A stretch of DNA of 46,228 nt, from the NCBI GenBank assembly GCA_902796415.1, contig CADBOX010000011.1, positions 1 through 46,228 of the forward strand, read 5' to 3'. This stretch comes from an uncultured Lachnospiraceae bacterium. GTDB lineage: Bacteria > Bacillota > Clostridia > Lachnospirales > Lachnospiraceae. Under the pieces are notes generated by a model. The model was not told where the DNA came from and searched no databases. It saw only the letters and a list, made by a program, of their open reading frames with translations. Numbering within the stretch: the stretch's first letter is position 1; each line of letters begins with the position of its first letter. Below, piece after piece: positions 1 to 9,295 of this stretch. Both the position numbers and the translations under genes were made by a program.

Positions 1-1
1 C

Positions 2-430
2 AGGCATCTGATTGCGTTTACTTTTTGAGTAATTCGATTTCCAGCTTCTCAGACCGAACACTCTTTTCTCAAGCTTTTTGTAGGTCAAGGCAGGAGTGTA
101 ATTCGCAAACCTCTGAGAGTGGGCACTTAAAACTGTTGTCAGAGAACTGACGGCACATCCATGGGTTGCCACATAGTCCTTCTTCACACTAAGAGTGTTT
201 ATCACATGAGCATTTCCACCCTGGGAGAAGACCCGATAGGAAAGGACTTTATTCCCTGTTCCGTTAATCTGGACTACATATTCATTTACATCTGTATCCA
301 TAGGTAAGGAATCGATGGGTGTAGTGATGGCCTGGGCGTATCCGGCTGCGTGAAATGAGAACAACATTACGAAGGCCAGGAGCAGTGAACTGATTCTGCA
401 GGTCTTTTTTATCTGATGCATATTTATCAT
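2..430 (-). CDS. Secreted protein with peptidase C39-like (papain-fold) motif; partial, runs off the left edge
   Basis: Not in the ORF track. Open frame read by hand from ATG 430 (or ATG 421, which has SD AGAGGA at 431-436): MINMHQIKKTCRISSLLLAFVMLFSFHAAGYAQA is signal-peptide-like; later YRVFSQ...HGCAVSSLTTVLS resembles the Gln...Cys motif of C39-like proteases. Confidence 0.6.
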   Translation of the reverse strand, partial: MINMHQIKKTCRISSLLLAFVMLFSFHAAGYAQAITTPIDSLPMDTDVNEYVVQINGTGNKVLSYRVFSQGGNAHVINTLSVKKDYVATHGCAVSSLTTVLSAHSQRFANYTPALTYKKLEKRVFGLRSWKSNYSKSKRNQMP

Positions 431-638
431 TCCTCTCTGGTAAATCTCTTATCTATCTCTTTTTCATCCTGCTTGTGCCAGTACAATGCAAGGGATGAAA
501 ATCAGCGTCGTACTCAAGATTATACATGAAAACCAGGGCGGAGTCCAGTACGATTTTCCGGATTCCTTGTGTTTTTCTGTCCGATATGGTAGGATTACGA
601 TGTTTATTGCAGGATTAGAAACAGTTAGGAGAAGAGAT

Positions 639-1376
639 ATGCCGATTGGAATTATAGTTAATATCATTTGTGTGGTTTTGGGCGGAATCCTGGGAAGTCT
701 GGTTGGACATAAACTCCTGGATTCTTTTAAGAATGGTTTAAATACGGTTTTTGGTGTGTGCTCCATGTCCATAGGAATCAGCTCCATCATCCTGATGACC
801 AATATGCCTGCCGTGATATTCTCAGTGATTGCAGGAACTGCACTAGGTCTTGCCATTCATCTGGGGGATAAAATCAATAAAGCCGGTGAGGGGATGTCCC
901 GTCTGGTGGAGAAATTTATGCATGAAGACCAGGGAGGTCAGCATGATCAGGATGAGGGAAGAAAAGGACTCCTGGTCACCACGATTGTGCTGTTCTGCTG
1001 CAGTGGGACAGGAATATACGGATGTATCGTCTCGGGGATGACAGGAGATCACAGTATCCTGCTGGCCAAATCTATTCTGGATTTTCCTACTGCCCTGATT
1101 TTTGCCTGCACTCTGGGAATCGTTGTATCTGTCATAGCAGTGCCCCAGCTTGTCATCTTCCTACTCTTGTTTTTCTTTGCCCGTATGATCTATCCCCTTT
1201 GTTCACCGGAGATGATCAATGATTTTAAGGCCTGCTGCGGTATCATCCTCCTGGCCACCGGATTTCGTATTGCCAGGATAAAGGACTTTCCCATCGCTGA
1301 CATGATCCCTTCCATGGTCATCGTTTTGCCGGTGAGTTATCTTTGGGCAGCATATATTCTTCCTCTGGTCAGTTAG
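639..1376 (+). CDS. DUF554 family membrane protein
   Basis: Hydrophobic protein starting MPIGIIVNIICVVLGG with motifs LFCCSGTGIYG and LLAKSILD typical of DUF554. SD AGGAGA at 627-632 favours ATG 639 over 486. Confidence 0.85.
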   Translation: MPIGIIVNIICVVLGGILGSLVGHKLLDSFKNGLNTVFGVCSMSIGISSIILMTNMPAVIFSVIAGTALGLAIHLGDKINKAGEGMSRLVEKFMHEDQGGQHDQDEGRKGLLVTTIVLFCCSGTGIYGCIVSGMTGDHSILLAKSILDFPTALIFACTLGIVVSVIAVPQLVIFLLLFFFARMIYPLCSPEMINDFKACCGIILLATGFRIARIKDFPIADMIPSMVIVLPVSYLWAAYILPLVS

Positions 1377-1466
1377 GTGATTTCTGCTTTCTGCCCGGCC
1401 AAAAAGAACCCTGCCCGGAGGTAAAAAATAGGGGAATCGAGGGAAAACAGACCAATTTCCTCAGAG

Positions 1467-1495
1467 TTGTCAGCCAGGGTGAAAAGTGATACAAT
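1467..1495 (+). promoter_or_regulatory. Sigma-A promoter of the large acidic gene
   Basis: TTGTCA-N17-TACAAT with extended -10 TG. Confidence 0.65.
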
Positions 1496-1541
1496 AAGGG
1501 CAATTATGGGAAAGAAACGATAAAAAGGGGGTCAGATATAG

Positions 1542-4500
1542 ATGGAAGATATCATTAATGCTCTGCTTGATGTGGTGAGAGCCCAACATACAGCTACCCA
1601 GGGAACGGATGAAACGCCATTTGGCATGGATGATGTCATCGATATGGCTATGAATCTGCTGGGACGCCCGGATGACAAAGCAGAGGAAGAGGCCATGATT
1701 GACGATATCCAGAAGATGGTAGAATCCATGGCTCCTGACATTTTTCCACCTAAGACATTTGAACAGATGGATGATGACGAGAAATTCCTGTCGGCATCAA
1801 ACATGATAGAGAATCGATTTGCCAGAGTAACAAATGACAGCAGTCAGAGTGAAAACACGGTTTCTGCAGATACCGTACAGCCTTCCTACTCTTATAATCA
1901 GGAAGAGGAGGAAGAGGAAGAACCGGATCCCGGAGATCTGAATGACCTGATCTATAAGAACTTTATGGAGATGATGGGTCTCTCTTCCCCAAAGGTTGAA
2001 TATCCTTTTGACCGGAGTCAGATTGTATACGGGAAAGAAAAAACAGCCACGGAGATGCTGGCTGAAGAAGCCGAGGAGAAGAGAAGAAGAGATGCGGAAG
2101 ATATGGAAAGGGATCGAAAACTCTCTGCCTGGGAACTGGCACAGAATGTCATAGACCAGGATGAGGCAGCCCACGCCAAAGAAGAGTATGTTCCACAACC
2201 TGTTGAACCTCCGACGACAAAGTCGGCTTCTCAGATGGCCAACGAAGCAATCCGGAAGGCAGAGGAAGAAAAAAGGATGAAACTTGAGATAGAACGCCAG
2301 GCAGAAGCCCTGATGGCAGAAGCAAAAAGACGTGGGAAGAACCCCATGGACTTCATGCTTCACCAGCAGGAGATTTTGCGGTACATGGAGAAAAACAGCG
2401 ATGAGCTGGTCTCCTTTGAAGATTATGAGGATCTGAGCCCGGAGGAGAAGCTGGAGATTGAACGCCAGGTATATATCGAGAGGCAGCTCGCCGACGGTGT
2501 GAATCCGGATGAGGTAGACAGAGAGGTTCCGGAGGAATATATTCCGGAAGAATTAAAGAAAACCTCCGGGGAAGCTGAAAAACCGGAGGAAGGAGAAGAG
2601 GAGAAAGTCACAACTTTTGATGACGATGTATTAAGAGCCTTATCTCAGCAGGTTCTCAGCGAGAACTCTGATATGATTCTCTCGGAGAATGCAGACGAAG
2701 ACATGACCGGCCTTCAGGAAGAATTATTCCAGAATCTGAAGCGTATGATGGCCGGAAGCGGTACTCCGGTACCTCAGGAGAATGTGGCCTCCCTGCTCTC
2801 ACAGGCAGCGGCCAATCAGATGTCGTCTTTTGAGGAAAAGACGGAGAATGAAACAGAGGATACTCCTGTAGTTCCCGAGCCTGTAGAAGAAAAAGAACCT
2901 GTCCGCCCCATGTCTGCGGTGGAACTGGCCAGAGCTGCCCAACAGGCAGCTAAACCACAGGCAGCCCAGCCAGTCACTCCGGAAGAAGTGACTGAGTCGC
3001 TGGAAGATATGGATTTAACATTTGACGAGATGGATGATCTCTTTGAAGCGTCCTCCGAACCGGAGGAAACTCCCCAGGAAGAGCCGGCTATTGAGATGCC
3101 TTCAGAAGATACCACGGAGACTTCTGCCGAGGAGAATGAGGAGAAGACAGAAGGTAGCGAGACAGCGGAGGAGGAACCGGAAGCCGATGAGGAAGAATCT
3201 GACATTTCAGAATCTGCCATCGAAGAAACAGATTCCTCCGAAGAATTATCAGAAGAAGAATACGAATATGTGGATCCGGACGAGATGGTTCTGGGTGAAC
3301 ATACACAGGCCGAGATTGATGAGGCTCTGGAGAACCTTAACAGCCTGGGACTGGAAGGTGAAGTCTATGAGAGAGCAAAACGGATGCTCCTTCTGGAACT
3401 TGCCAACTCAGAAGCGGAACTGGATGCATGGCTTTTGGCCCAGGAACAGGGTAAGAAGAAAAAAACTAACAGATCTGCACTGGATGAGGATGGTTTAGAT
3501 GATTTATCGGATTTTGATGAAGATCTTTTTGAAAAAGAGCTTGATATGGCAATCGAAAAGGGCTTTGAGGAAGAGATTCCCGAGATTGATGAGCCTGAGG
3601 ACCCGGATCTCGGGGAAGGATCCGAAGAACCAGAAGAAAAGCAGGAAGACGGAGAGTCTGAAGGAATCGAAAGGATCGACTTCGACGAAGGACAGGAAAC
3701 CGATGGAGAAGCCGAACCAGCCGAAGAAAAAGAAGAAGTCGATCGCTCTGATGTCGATGATTCTGCGACGGATCTGGAAGAAGCACCGGAAGAACCAAAG
3801 GAAGAATCAGAAGAAAAAATAGAACAGGAACAAAGGGAAGAAAAGGGTCATCTGTCGATCCGCAAACCTTTTATACTGAAGAACGCTACCAGTTTTATAG
3901 ACAAACTGGAGGATTTCATTACGGAGAACCAGGAGAACCGCAGGCTGAGTACAGGATTTAAGAAACTGGATACTCTTCTCAGATTCGGACTCCACAAGGG
4001 AAGCTATTTTATCGATTCCAGGCCTCAGTATCTGAAGAATGCATTCATGCAGCAGATTGCGGATCGCGCTGCGGAAACCGGTGTGGACGTCCTTTATATT
4101 TCCACAGAGTTATCCCGCTATGACCTGATGGTAGATACCTTGTCCCGACTTAGCTACGAGATGAACGGTCATGATTCCGAGAAGGCACACTCTGTCATGT
4201 CGATCATGACAGGTGAGGGCGGAGCGACCCTCGATCAGCTTACAGATGAGTTGAACTGGTATCGTGGAAGAATCAGTGAGCATCTGTTCATCCTGGACCA
4301 GGAAGCAGTGGATGAGTTCATCGATTCCCTGGAAGGAGAGGTGTCCGCAGGGGAGATCCTGGAGGAACTGATCCGCTCCATCGTGACGGAAGGGACTCAT
4401 AAACCGGTGGTATTTATCGATAATATTGAGAATATTCTGTCTGCGGAAGATTCTGAGGATATGAAACCTCTCATGGACGGAATCGGAAAACTGTCGAAGG

Positions 4501-4802
4501 AGTTAAGTATTCCGATCATCATGTCTTATGGTTATGAACAGGCAGAAAATGAAGCAGAGCTTTCCTCTGAAGAGAGAGAATTCCACACCTCACTGGGAAA
4601 TATGTGTGATGTATATCTGGAGATCGAATTTGCGGATATGATTACCGAAGAGTCAGGGGAACTGACCGAACAGGATATCAGAGAGATGGTGGAAGATGGT
4701 GATAATCTTCTGTTCAATGTGATGGTCTACAGGAATCGAAGACCTATGCGGGCTTCCTGCCAGATACAAGGAACCCCGAAATACAATTATTTTGAGGAAT
4801 AA
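1542..4802 (+). CDS. Large acidic low-complexity protein with C-terminal DnaB/RecA-fold ATPase-like domain (degenerate Walker A)
   Basis: About 780 aa Glu/Asp-rich region, then STGFKKLDTLL..GLHKG, SRPQYLKNAF (Walker A position), VLYISTEL, VVFIDNI (Walker B) and RNRR, matching the DnaB_C motif order. Confidence 0.75.
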   Translation: MEDIINALLDVVRAQHTATQGTDETPFGMDDVIDMAMNLLGRPDDKAEEEAMIDDIQKMVESMAPDIFPPKTFEQMDDDEKFLSASNMIENRFARVTNDSSQSENTVSADTVQPSYSYNQEEEEEEEPDPGDLNDLIYKNFMEMMGLSSPKVEYPFDRSQIVYGKEKTATEMLAEEAEEKRRRDAEDMERDRKLSAWELAQNVIDQDEAAHAKEEYVPQPVEPPTTKSASQMANEAIRKAEEEKRMKLEIERQAEALMAEAKRRGKNPMDFMLHQQEILRYMEKNSDELVSFEDYEDLSPEEKLEIERQVYIERQLADGVNPDEVDREVPEEYIPEELKKTSGEAEKPEEGEEEKVTTFDDDVLRALSQQVLSENSDMILSENADEDMTGLQEELFQNLKRMMAGSGTPVPQENVASLLSQAAANQMSSFEEKTENETEDTPVVPEPVEEKEPVRPMSAVELARAAQQAAKPQAAQPVTPEEVTESLEDMDLTFDEMDDLFEASSEPEETPQEEPAIEMPSEDTTETSAEENEEKTEGSETAEEEPEADEEESDISESAIEETDSSEELSEEEYEYVDPDEMVLGEHTQAEIDEALENLNSLGLEGEVYERAKRMLLLELANSEAELDAWLLAQEQGKKKKTNRSALDEDGLDDLSDFDEDLFEKELDMAIEKGFEEEIPEIDEPEDPDLGEGSEEPEEKQEDGESEGIERIDFDEGQETDGEAEPAEEKEEVDRSDVDDSATDLEEAPEEPKEESEEKIEQEQREEKGHLSIRKPFILKNATSFIDKLEDFITENQENRRLSTGFKKLDTLLRFGLHKGSYFIDSRPQYLKNAFMQQIADRAAETGVDVLYISTELSRYDLMVDTLSRLSYEMNGHDSEKAHSVMSIMTGEGGATLDQLTDELNWYRGRISEHLFILDQEAVDEFIDSLEGEVSAGEILEELIRSIVTEGTHKPVVFIDNIENILSAEDSEDMKPLMDGIGKLSKELSIPIIMSYGYEQAENEAELSSEEREFHTSLGNMCDVYLEIEFADMITEESGELTEQDIREMVEDGDNLLFNVMVYRNRRPMRASCQIQGTPKYNYFEE

Positions 4803-4807
4803 TATAT

Positions 4808-4839
4808 AAAGAGCGGTCACAATAATGTGACCGCCCTTT
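4808..4839. terminator. Bidirectional intrinsic terminator
   Basis: GCGGTCACA-ATAA-TGTGACCGC flanked by A and T tracts, between convergent genes. Confidence 0.8.
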
Positions 4840-4852
4840 GTTTTAGCGCACC

Positions 4853-6046
4853 TCAGTCAGCATAGAGGCCGATGTCATCCGTCACGGCTTCTATTTTTTT
4901 GCTGATTTTACTCATTTCTTCGGTTGGTTCATAATCTTTGGTGCCGAAGAGGTATTTATGGGCCTTTTTAACATTTTTATAAGCTGTCAGAGGGAATCCA
5001 TAGTAGATACCCCCGTACCTTTCATCCTCCGAATCAAAGGGGTAGGCTTTGGAATCTTCTATGCCATAGAAGGGCAGAGCCATGCACATCCTGGTCATCT
5101 CCGAAGTGGAGAGGCTGGTTACACATTGTGGTAATACTGCATTGATCAGTTTGTTTAATTTCCAGGGCTTCTTCTTTGCAGCGCTTACCAGTCCTTCTAC
5201 CACAAGCCGTTGATGACTGGCTCTTGCGTGGTCCCCGCCTTCCATATAGCGGATCCTGGAATAAGCCACGGCCTGATTGCCATCAAATACCGCGGTAAAC
5301 GGATATTCATCCGGAGATTTGAAGGTTGGGGAATCTCCTCCGTTGATATGGTTCATGTTACGAATGTAATCATTAAGATTCTTTCGCTCTTTTTCGGACT
5401 GGACAGTGAGGGGGATGCCACCCAGGATATCTACCGCATCTGCCAGAGCTTTAAAATTCACCGTTGCAAAATCTGTGATATTAAGGTCAAGATTACGGTT
5501 GATGGTACTGATTGCCAACTCCGGCCCCCCATAAGAGTAGGCGGCATTGATTTTGTCATACTGACCGTTGATGCTGACATAGGTATCCCTGTAGATAGAC
5601 ATAAGCTTTACTTTTTTGCTGCGTTTGTTGATGCTGGCCACGATGATGCAATCCGTTCTGGATCCTTTATCCCTTATCACATTATCCTGACTATCTACCC
5701 CGAACAAGGCGATATTCTGATACTTTCTCATATTCTTATCAGAGGCTCTGACATCATCATTGATGATAACCTTTTCCTCGTTGAGGGCATACCGCTCTAC
5801 TTTTTTCAGGGATGCCCGCAGAAAGAACCACATTCCTCCCAGTAGCAGCAGGATAAGGAAGAAAAGTGGAATGAGACGGGGAAGGCAGCCCCCTCTTTTT
5901 TTCTTTATCTCCCCGGATTCTTCGTGCATAGAATCGGTCTGCTTCCAGGAAGCAGACCGGGCATTTTGATAAACATATCTACTTGTTTCTTTTTTCGGTG
6001 CAGGTGTATGGGATCTGGTCCTTTCTGAATTGTTCCGATCTTCCAT
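4853..6046 (-). CDS. LCP (LytR-CpsA-Psr) family glycopolymer transferase
   Basis: N-terminal TM helix; NIALFGVDS, RTDCIIV, SIYRDTYV, KINAAY, AYSRIR motifs. SD GGAGA favours ATG 6046. Confidence 0.9.
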   Translation of the reverse strand: MEDRNNSERTRSHTPAPKKETSRYVYQNARSASWKQTDSMHEESGEIKKKRGGCLPRLIPLFFLILLLLGGMWFFLRASLKKVERYALNEEKVIINDDVRASDKNMRKYQNIALFGVDSQDNVIRDKGSRTDCIIVASINKRSKKVKLMSIYRDTYVSINGQYDKINAAYSYGGPELAISTINRNLDLNITDFATVNFKALADAVDILGGIPLTVQSEKERKNLNDYIRNMNHINGGDSPTFKSPDEYPFTAVFDGNQAVAYSRIRYMEGGDHARASHQRLVVEGLVSAAKKKPWKLNKLINAVLPQCVTSLSTSEMTRMCMALPFYGIEDSKAYPFDSEDERYGGIYYGFPLTAYKNVKKAHKYLFGTKDYEPTEEMSKISKKIEAVTDDIGLYAD

Positions 6047-6068
6047 TTTACCATCTCCATTTCTGTGA

Positions 6069-7484
6069 TTAGTATGCATTTTTATTTACGAATCCCTTGA
6101 AAACGGTGAGAAACAGGATCTTAATATCAAAACCCAGAGTCCAGTTTTCAATATAGAAGATATCGTGTTCAATCCTTCCAAGTATGGAGGTGTCCCCACG
6201 GAATCCGCAAACCTGTGCCCACCCCGTCATACCGGGACGAACCTGGTGCTTGATCATATAACGAGGAATCTCCTCCTTGAATTTCTCCACGAACTGAGGA
6301 CGTTCCGGACGTGGTCCGATCAGACTCATATCCCCGATCAGAACATTGAAAAGCTGAGGAAGTTCGTCGATACTTGTCTTGCGGATTACTTTTCCCACAG
6401 GTGTGACACGTGGGTCATCCTGCGTCGTCCATCCCTGTTTTTCCTTCTCCGCACTCTGAACCCCCATAGATCGGAATTTGTACATCTTAAAAGGCTTGTT
6501 GTGGAGTCCGATTCTCTCCTGGCAGAAAAGAATAGGCCCGGGAGAACTTCTCTTAACCAGGATGGCTGTGACAATCATGACCGGAGAGAATATAACGATA
6601 CAGATCAGAGATCCGAAGAAATCGATCAGACGCTTTATTATCCGGTTAAAGGTGTTTGTCAGGGGAACATTACGTATATTGATTACCGGAAGACCATTCA
6701 GATCCTCGGTCACCGGATGTGTCGGGATAAACTTATAATAATCCGGAATCAGTTTGGTGTGAACCCCGCTCTTTTCACAGATATTAACAATAGCTTCCAG
6801 CTTATGGTACTCTCTTAAGCTGAGGGCGATAGCAACCTCATCCAATGAGTTTTCCACCAGAAATCCCTGGAGCTGATGGATCTTGCCGATACAAGGAATA
6901 TCCTTATACTCAAATCCCTCCGGTACGTTATCAGCGAAGATGCCATGAACGTAATAGCCCCACTGGGGATTGCCTTTGATTCGATCGATGTAGGCTCTGG
7001 AAGCCGCACTTTCACCAACCACTATGACATGCTTCAGATTTCGTCCCTGAGCTCTCTCTGTCTGCAGGAAGAGTCGTATAATGATTCGTACCAGAATGGA
7101 CAGAATCATGGAAATGACATAGAAAATAAGCAGTAGGCTTCTCGGCACATGCTCTATCCTCAGAAAGAAGATGTAGATGAATACGAAAACCATTCCGCAG
7201 GAATTTGCCTTAAATAAAGAAGTAATCTCATTCCAAGGCTGCTGGAAACGTTTCGGCTTGTAGAGTCCGAAGCGCCCGTAAAGTATCAGATAGACAGGGA
7301 TGATCACCAATAGCATGCTTTGATACTGCGACAGAAGCCGGTAGTATCTGGTAGGAGGCATGAAAGGTTTTAAGAAATCTATCTTGAAACGTATTACATA
7401 ACTCAGACAAAAAGAACAATAGATTACAATGGCATCAAGCACAACATGTAACCGGTTGAAATATTTTTGATTTTGTTTTATCAT
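6069..7484 (-). CDS. Undecaprenyl-phosphate glucose phosphotransferase (WcaJ/CpsE family priming glycosyltransferase)
   Basis: N-terminal TM helices; C-terminal KFRSM, DDPRVT, SIDELPQLFNV, GPRPERP, VRPGMTGWAQV motifs. Confidence 0.92.
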   Translation of the reverse strand: MIKQNQKYFNRLHVVLDAIVIYCSFCLSYVIRFKIDFLKPFMPPTRYYRLLSQYQSMLLVIIPVYLILYGRFGLYKPKRFQQPWNEITSLFKANSCGMVFVFIYIFFLRIEHVPRSLLLIFYVISMILSILVRIIIRLFLQTERAQGRNLKHVIVVGESAASRAYIDRIKGNPQWGYYVHGIFADNVPEGFEYKDIPCIGKIHQLQGFLVENSLDEVAIALSLREYHKLEAIVNICEKSGVHTKLIPDYYKFIPTHPVTEDLNGLPVINIRNVPLTNTFNRIIKRLIDFFGSLICIVIFSPVMIVTAILVKRSSPGPILFCQERIGLHNKPFKMYKFRSMGVQSAEKEKQGWTTQDDPRVTPVGKVIRKTSIDELPQLFNVLIGDMSLIGPRPERPQFVEKFKEEIPRYMIKHQVRPGMTGWAQVCGFRGDTSILGRIEHDIFYIENWTLGFDIKILFLTVFKGFVNKNAY

Positions 7485-7541
7485 AACTAAGGTCTCCTGA
7501 AATGTTGTTTGTTATGATATATGATCGATAGTTCCTTATAG

Positions 7542-7570
7542 ATTATACATTCCAAAAAGGTATTCTACAA
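7542..7570 (-). promoter_or_regulatory. Sigma-A promoter of the glycosyltransferase-LCP operon
   Basis: Minus strand TTGTAG-N17-TATAAT. Confidence 0.55.
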
Positions 7571-7586
7571 TCTTTTTTTATCATTA

Positions 7587-7639
7587 TCACAAATGAGACA
7601 CAAATGGAACACATTTTCTTCACAAAATGCTGTTAGTAT
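7587..7639 (+). promoter_or_regulatory. Four 11-bp-periodic WCACA direct repeats plus extended -10 upstream of htrA
   Basis: TCACAAAT 7587, ACACAAAT 7598, ACACATTT 7609, TCACAAAA 7620; TGtTAGTAT at 7631-7639. Confidence 0.6.
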
Positions 7640-7709
7640 TACTTTCAGTGAAAGATGATGGCCGGGAGAAAGGCTTCCGGCATGCTATATATAGAAAGGA
7701 TGAGTGCAT

Positions 7710-9194
7710 ATGAGTGATTATTTCAACGAATATAATGATAACCCGGAAGGGAACATGGAAGGGTCCGGGTATAGTTCTATGAGTACCGGGGCTTCAGATC
7801 CGATATTTTCCTCCCCGAGAAGCCCGAAGAAGAGGCGCAAAAACAATGGATTTAAGAAATTGGCCAAGCTTGTGGCATCTGCCATGGTGTTTGGTCTGGT
7901 GGCAGGTGGCACCATGGTGGGTGTCAATGCGGCCAAGGATTACTTCTTCCCCTCCAATATAGCCAAGATTGAGACCACGGATTCTACCACACAGGAAGAG
8001 AAGAAGACCACGGAAAGTTCACAGGATAGTTCTCAGGACACAGCGACTTCAACTGCAACTGCCACAAGTTCCATGACTACGACGGATGTTTCTTCTGTAG
8101 TCCAGAATGTGATGCCATCTGTGGTATCCATTACCTGTACCGTTCAGCAAACGAACTATTTCTATGGAACTACCGAAGCGCAGGGAGCAGGCTCAGGATT
8201 CATCATCTCCAAGGATAATGATAATCTCTACATCGCAACCAACAACCATGTGGTTTCCGGTGCTACCTCTCTCACAGTAGGCTTCGCTGACGGTAAGACA
8301 GCAGCTGCGCAGATCGTAGGTACTGATTCTGACGCGGACCTGGCAGTAATCTCTGTAAAGAGTGAAGATATCTCCAAAGAAACGGCAAATGCGATTAAAG
8401 TAGCGGTTCTCGGTAATTCAGATGATCTGAAAGTCGGCCAGCCGGTGATCGCCATCGGTAATGCTCTTGGTTATGGGCAGTCCGTCACCACAGGCGTTCT
8501 GAGTGCCAAAGACCGTGAGGTTTCCTTCACTGACGGAACCATGGTCTTATTACAGACTGATGCAGCAATCAACCCCGGTAACAGTGGCGGGGTACTCATC
8601 AACCAGAATGGACAGGTCATCGGAATTAACAATGCAAAACTGGCAGACACTTCCGTGGAAGGAATGGGTTATGCCATTCCGATTACCACCGCAAAAGAGA
8701 TCCTTACCGACCTCATGAACTCCACCACTATCGATGAAAAGGATGCTTCCTTCCTGGGTGTAGTGGGAAAGACCATCGACAGTACTTATTCCAATACACT
8801 TGGAATGCCGGTCGGCATCTATGTGACACAGGTCGTTGAGGGATCCCCCGCAGAGAAAGCAGGAATCAATGCAGGCGATATCATTACTGAATTTAACGGC
8901 AGCTCTGTGTCCACCATGGAGGGACTTAAGAGCAAGCTTGCAAGAAAAGCTGCAGGGACAAAGGTCAAACTGACTGTCAAGCGTTCCAACCAGAACGGCG
9001 AGTATCAGGAACAGGAGATTGAAGTGACTCTCGGCAAGAAGAGTGATTTCGCAGATGCGTCTTCCAAGCAGGACAACGGAAATCAGAATAATCAGAATAA
9101 TTTCGATAACGGAAATAATAACGGAGGAGAAAATAACGGAGGTGGTTACTATACCAATCCTTATGATTTCTTCTTCGGAAATGGAAACCGGTAA
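7710..9194 (+). CDS. htrA: HtrA/S1C serine protease with PDZ domain
   Basis: TM anchor, TNNHVV, DLAV and NPGNSGG catalytic triad motifs, one PDZ domain, Asn/Gly-rich tail. Confidence 0.93.
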   Translation: MSDYFNEYNDNPEGNMEGSGYSSMSTGASDPIFSSPRSPKKRRKNNGFKKLAKLVASAMVFGLVAGGTMVGVNAAKDYFFPSNIAKIETTDSTTQEEKKTTESSQDSSQDTATSTATATSSMTTTDVSSVVQNVMPSVVSITCTVQQTNYFYGTTEAQGAGSGFIISKDNDNLYIATNNHVVSGATSLTVGFADGKTAAAQIVGTDSDADLAVISVKSEDISKETANAIKVAVLGNSDDLKVGQPVIAIGNALGYGQSVTTGVLSAKDREVSFTDGTMVLLQTDAAINPGNSGGVLINQNGQVIGINNAKLADTSVEGMGYAIPITTAKEILTDLMNSTTIDEKDASFLGVVGKTIDSTYSNTLGMPVGIYVTQVVEGSPAEKAGINAGDIITEFNGSSVSTMEGLKSKLARKAAGTKVKLTVKRSNQNGEYQEQEIEVTLGKKSDFADASSKQDNGNQNNQNNFDNGNNNGGENNGGGYYTNPYDFFFGNGNR

Positions 9195-9200
9195 TTGATC

Positions 9201-9246
9201 AGAATCTCAGCCAAGGCGAAAGTTTTGGTTGAGATTCTTTCTTTTA
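9201..9246 (+). terminator. Intrinsic terminator
   Basis: AGAATCTCAGCCAAGGC-GAAA-GTTTTGGTTGAGATTCT followed by a T-rich tract. Confidence 0.8.
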
Positions 9247-9295
9247 TTTACTATAATATTCTTGCAAAAGTTTTGAGAGATGTGAGGATACGGAT

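Noticed and set aside
1391-1418. CTGCCCGG direct repeat at 20-bp spacing
   Set aside because: Only two 8-bp copies and no other support.
1542-4802. Calling this gene the replicative helicase dnaB/dnaC
   Set aside because: No DnaB N-terminal domain, degenerate Walker A and no rplI context.
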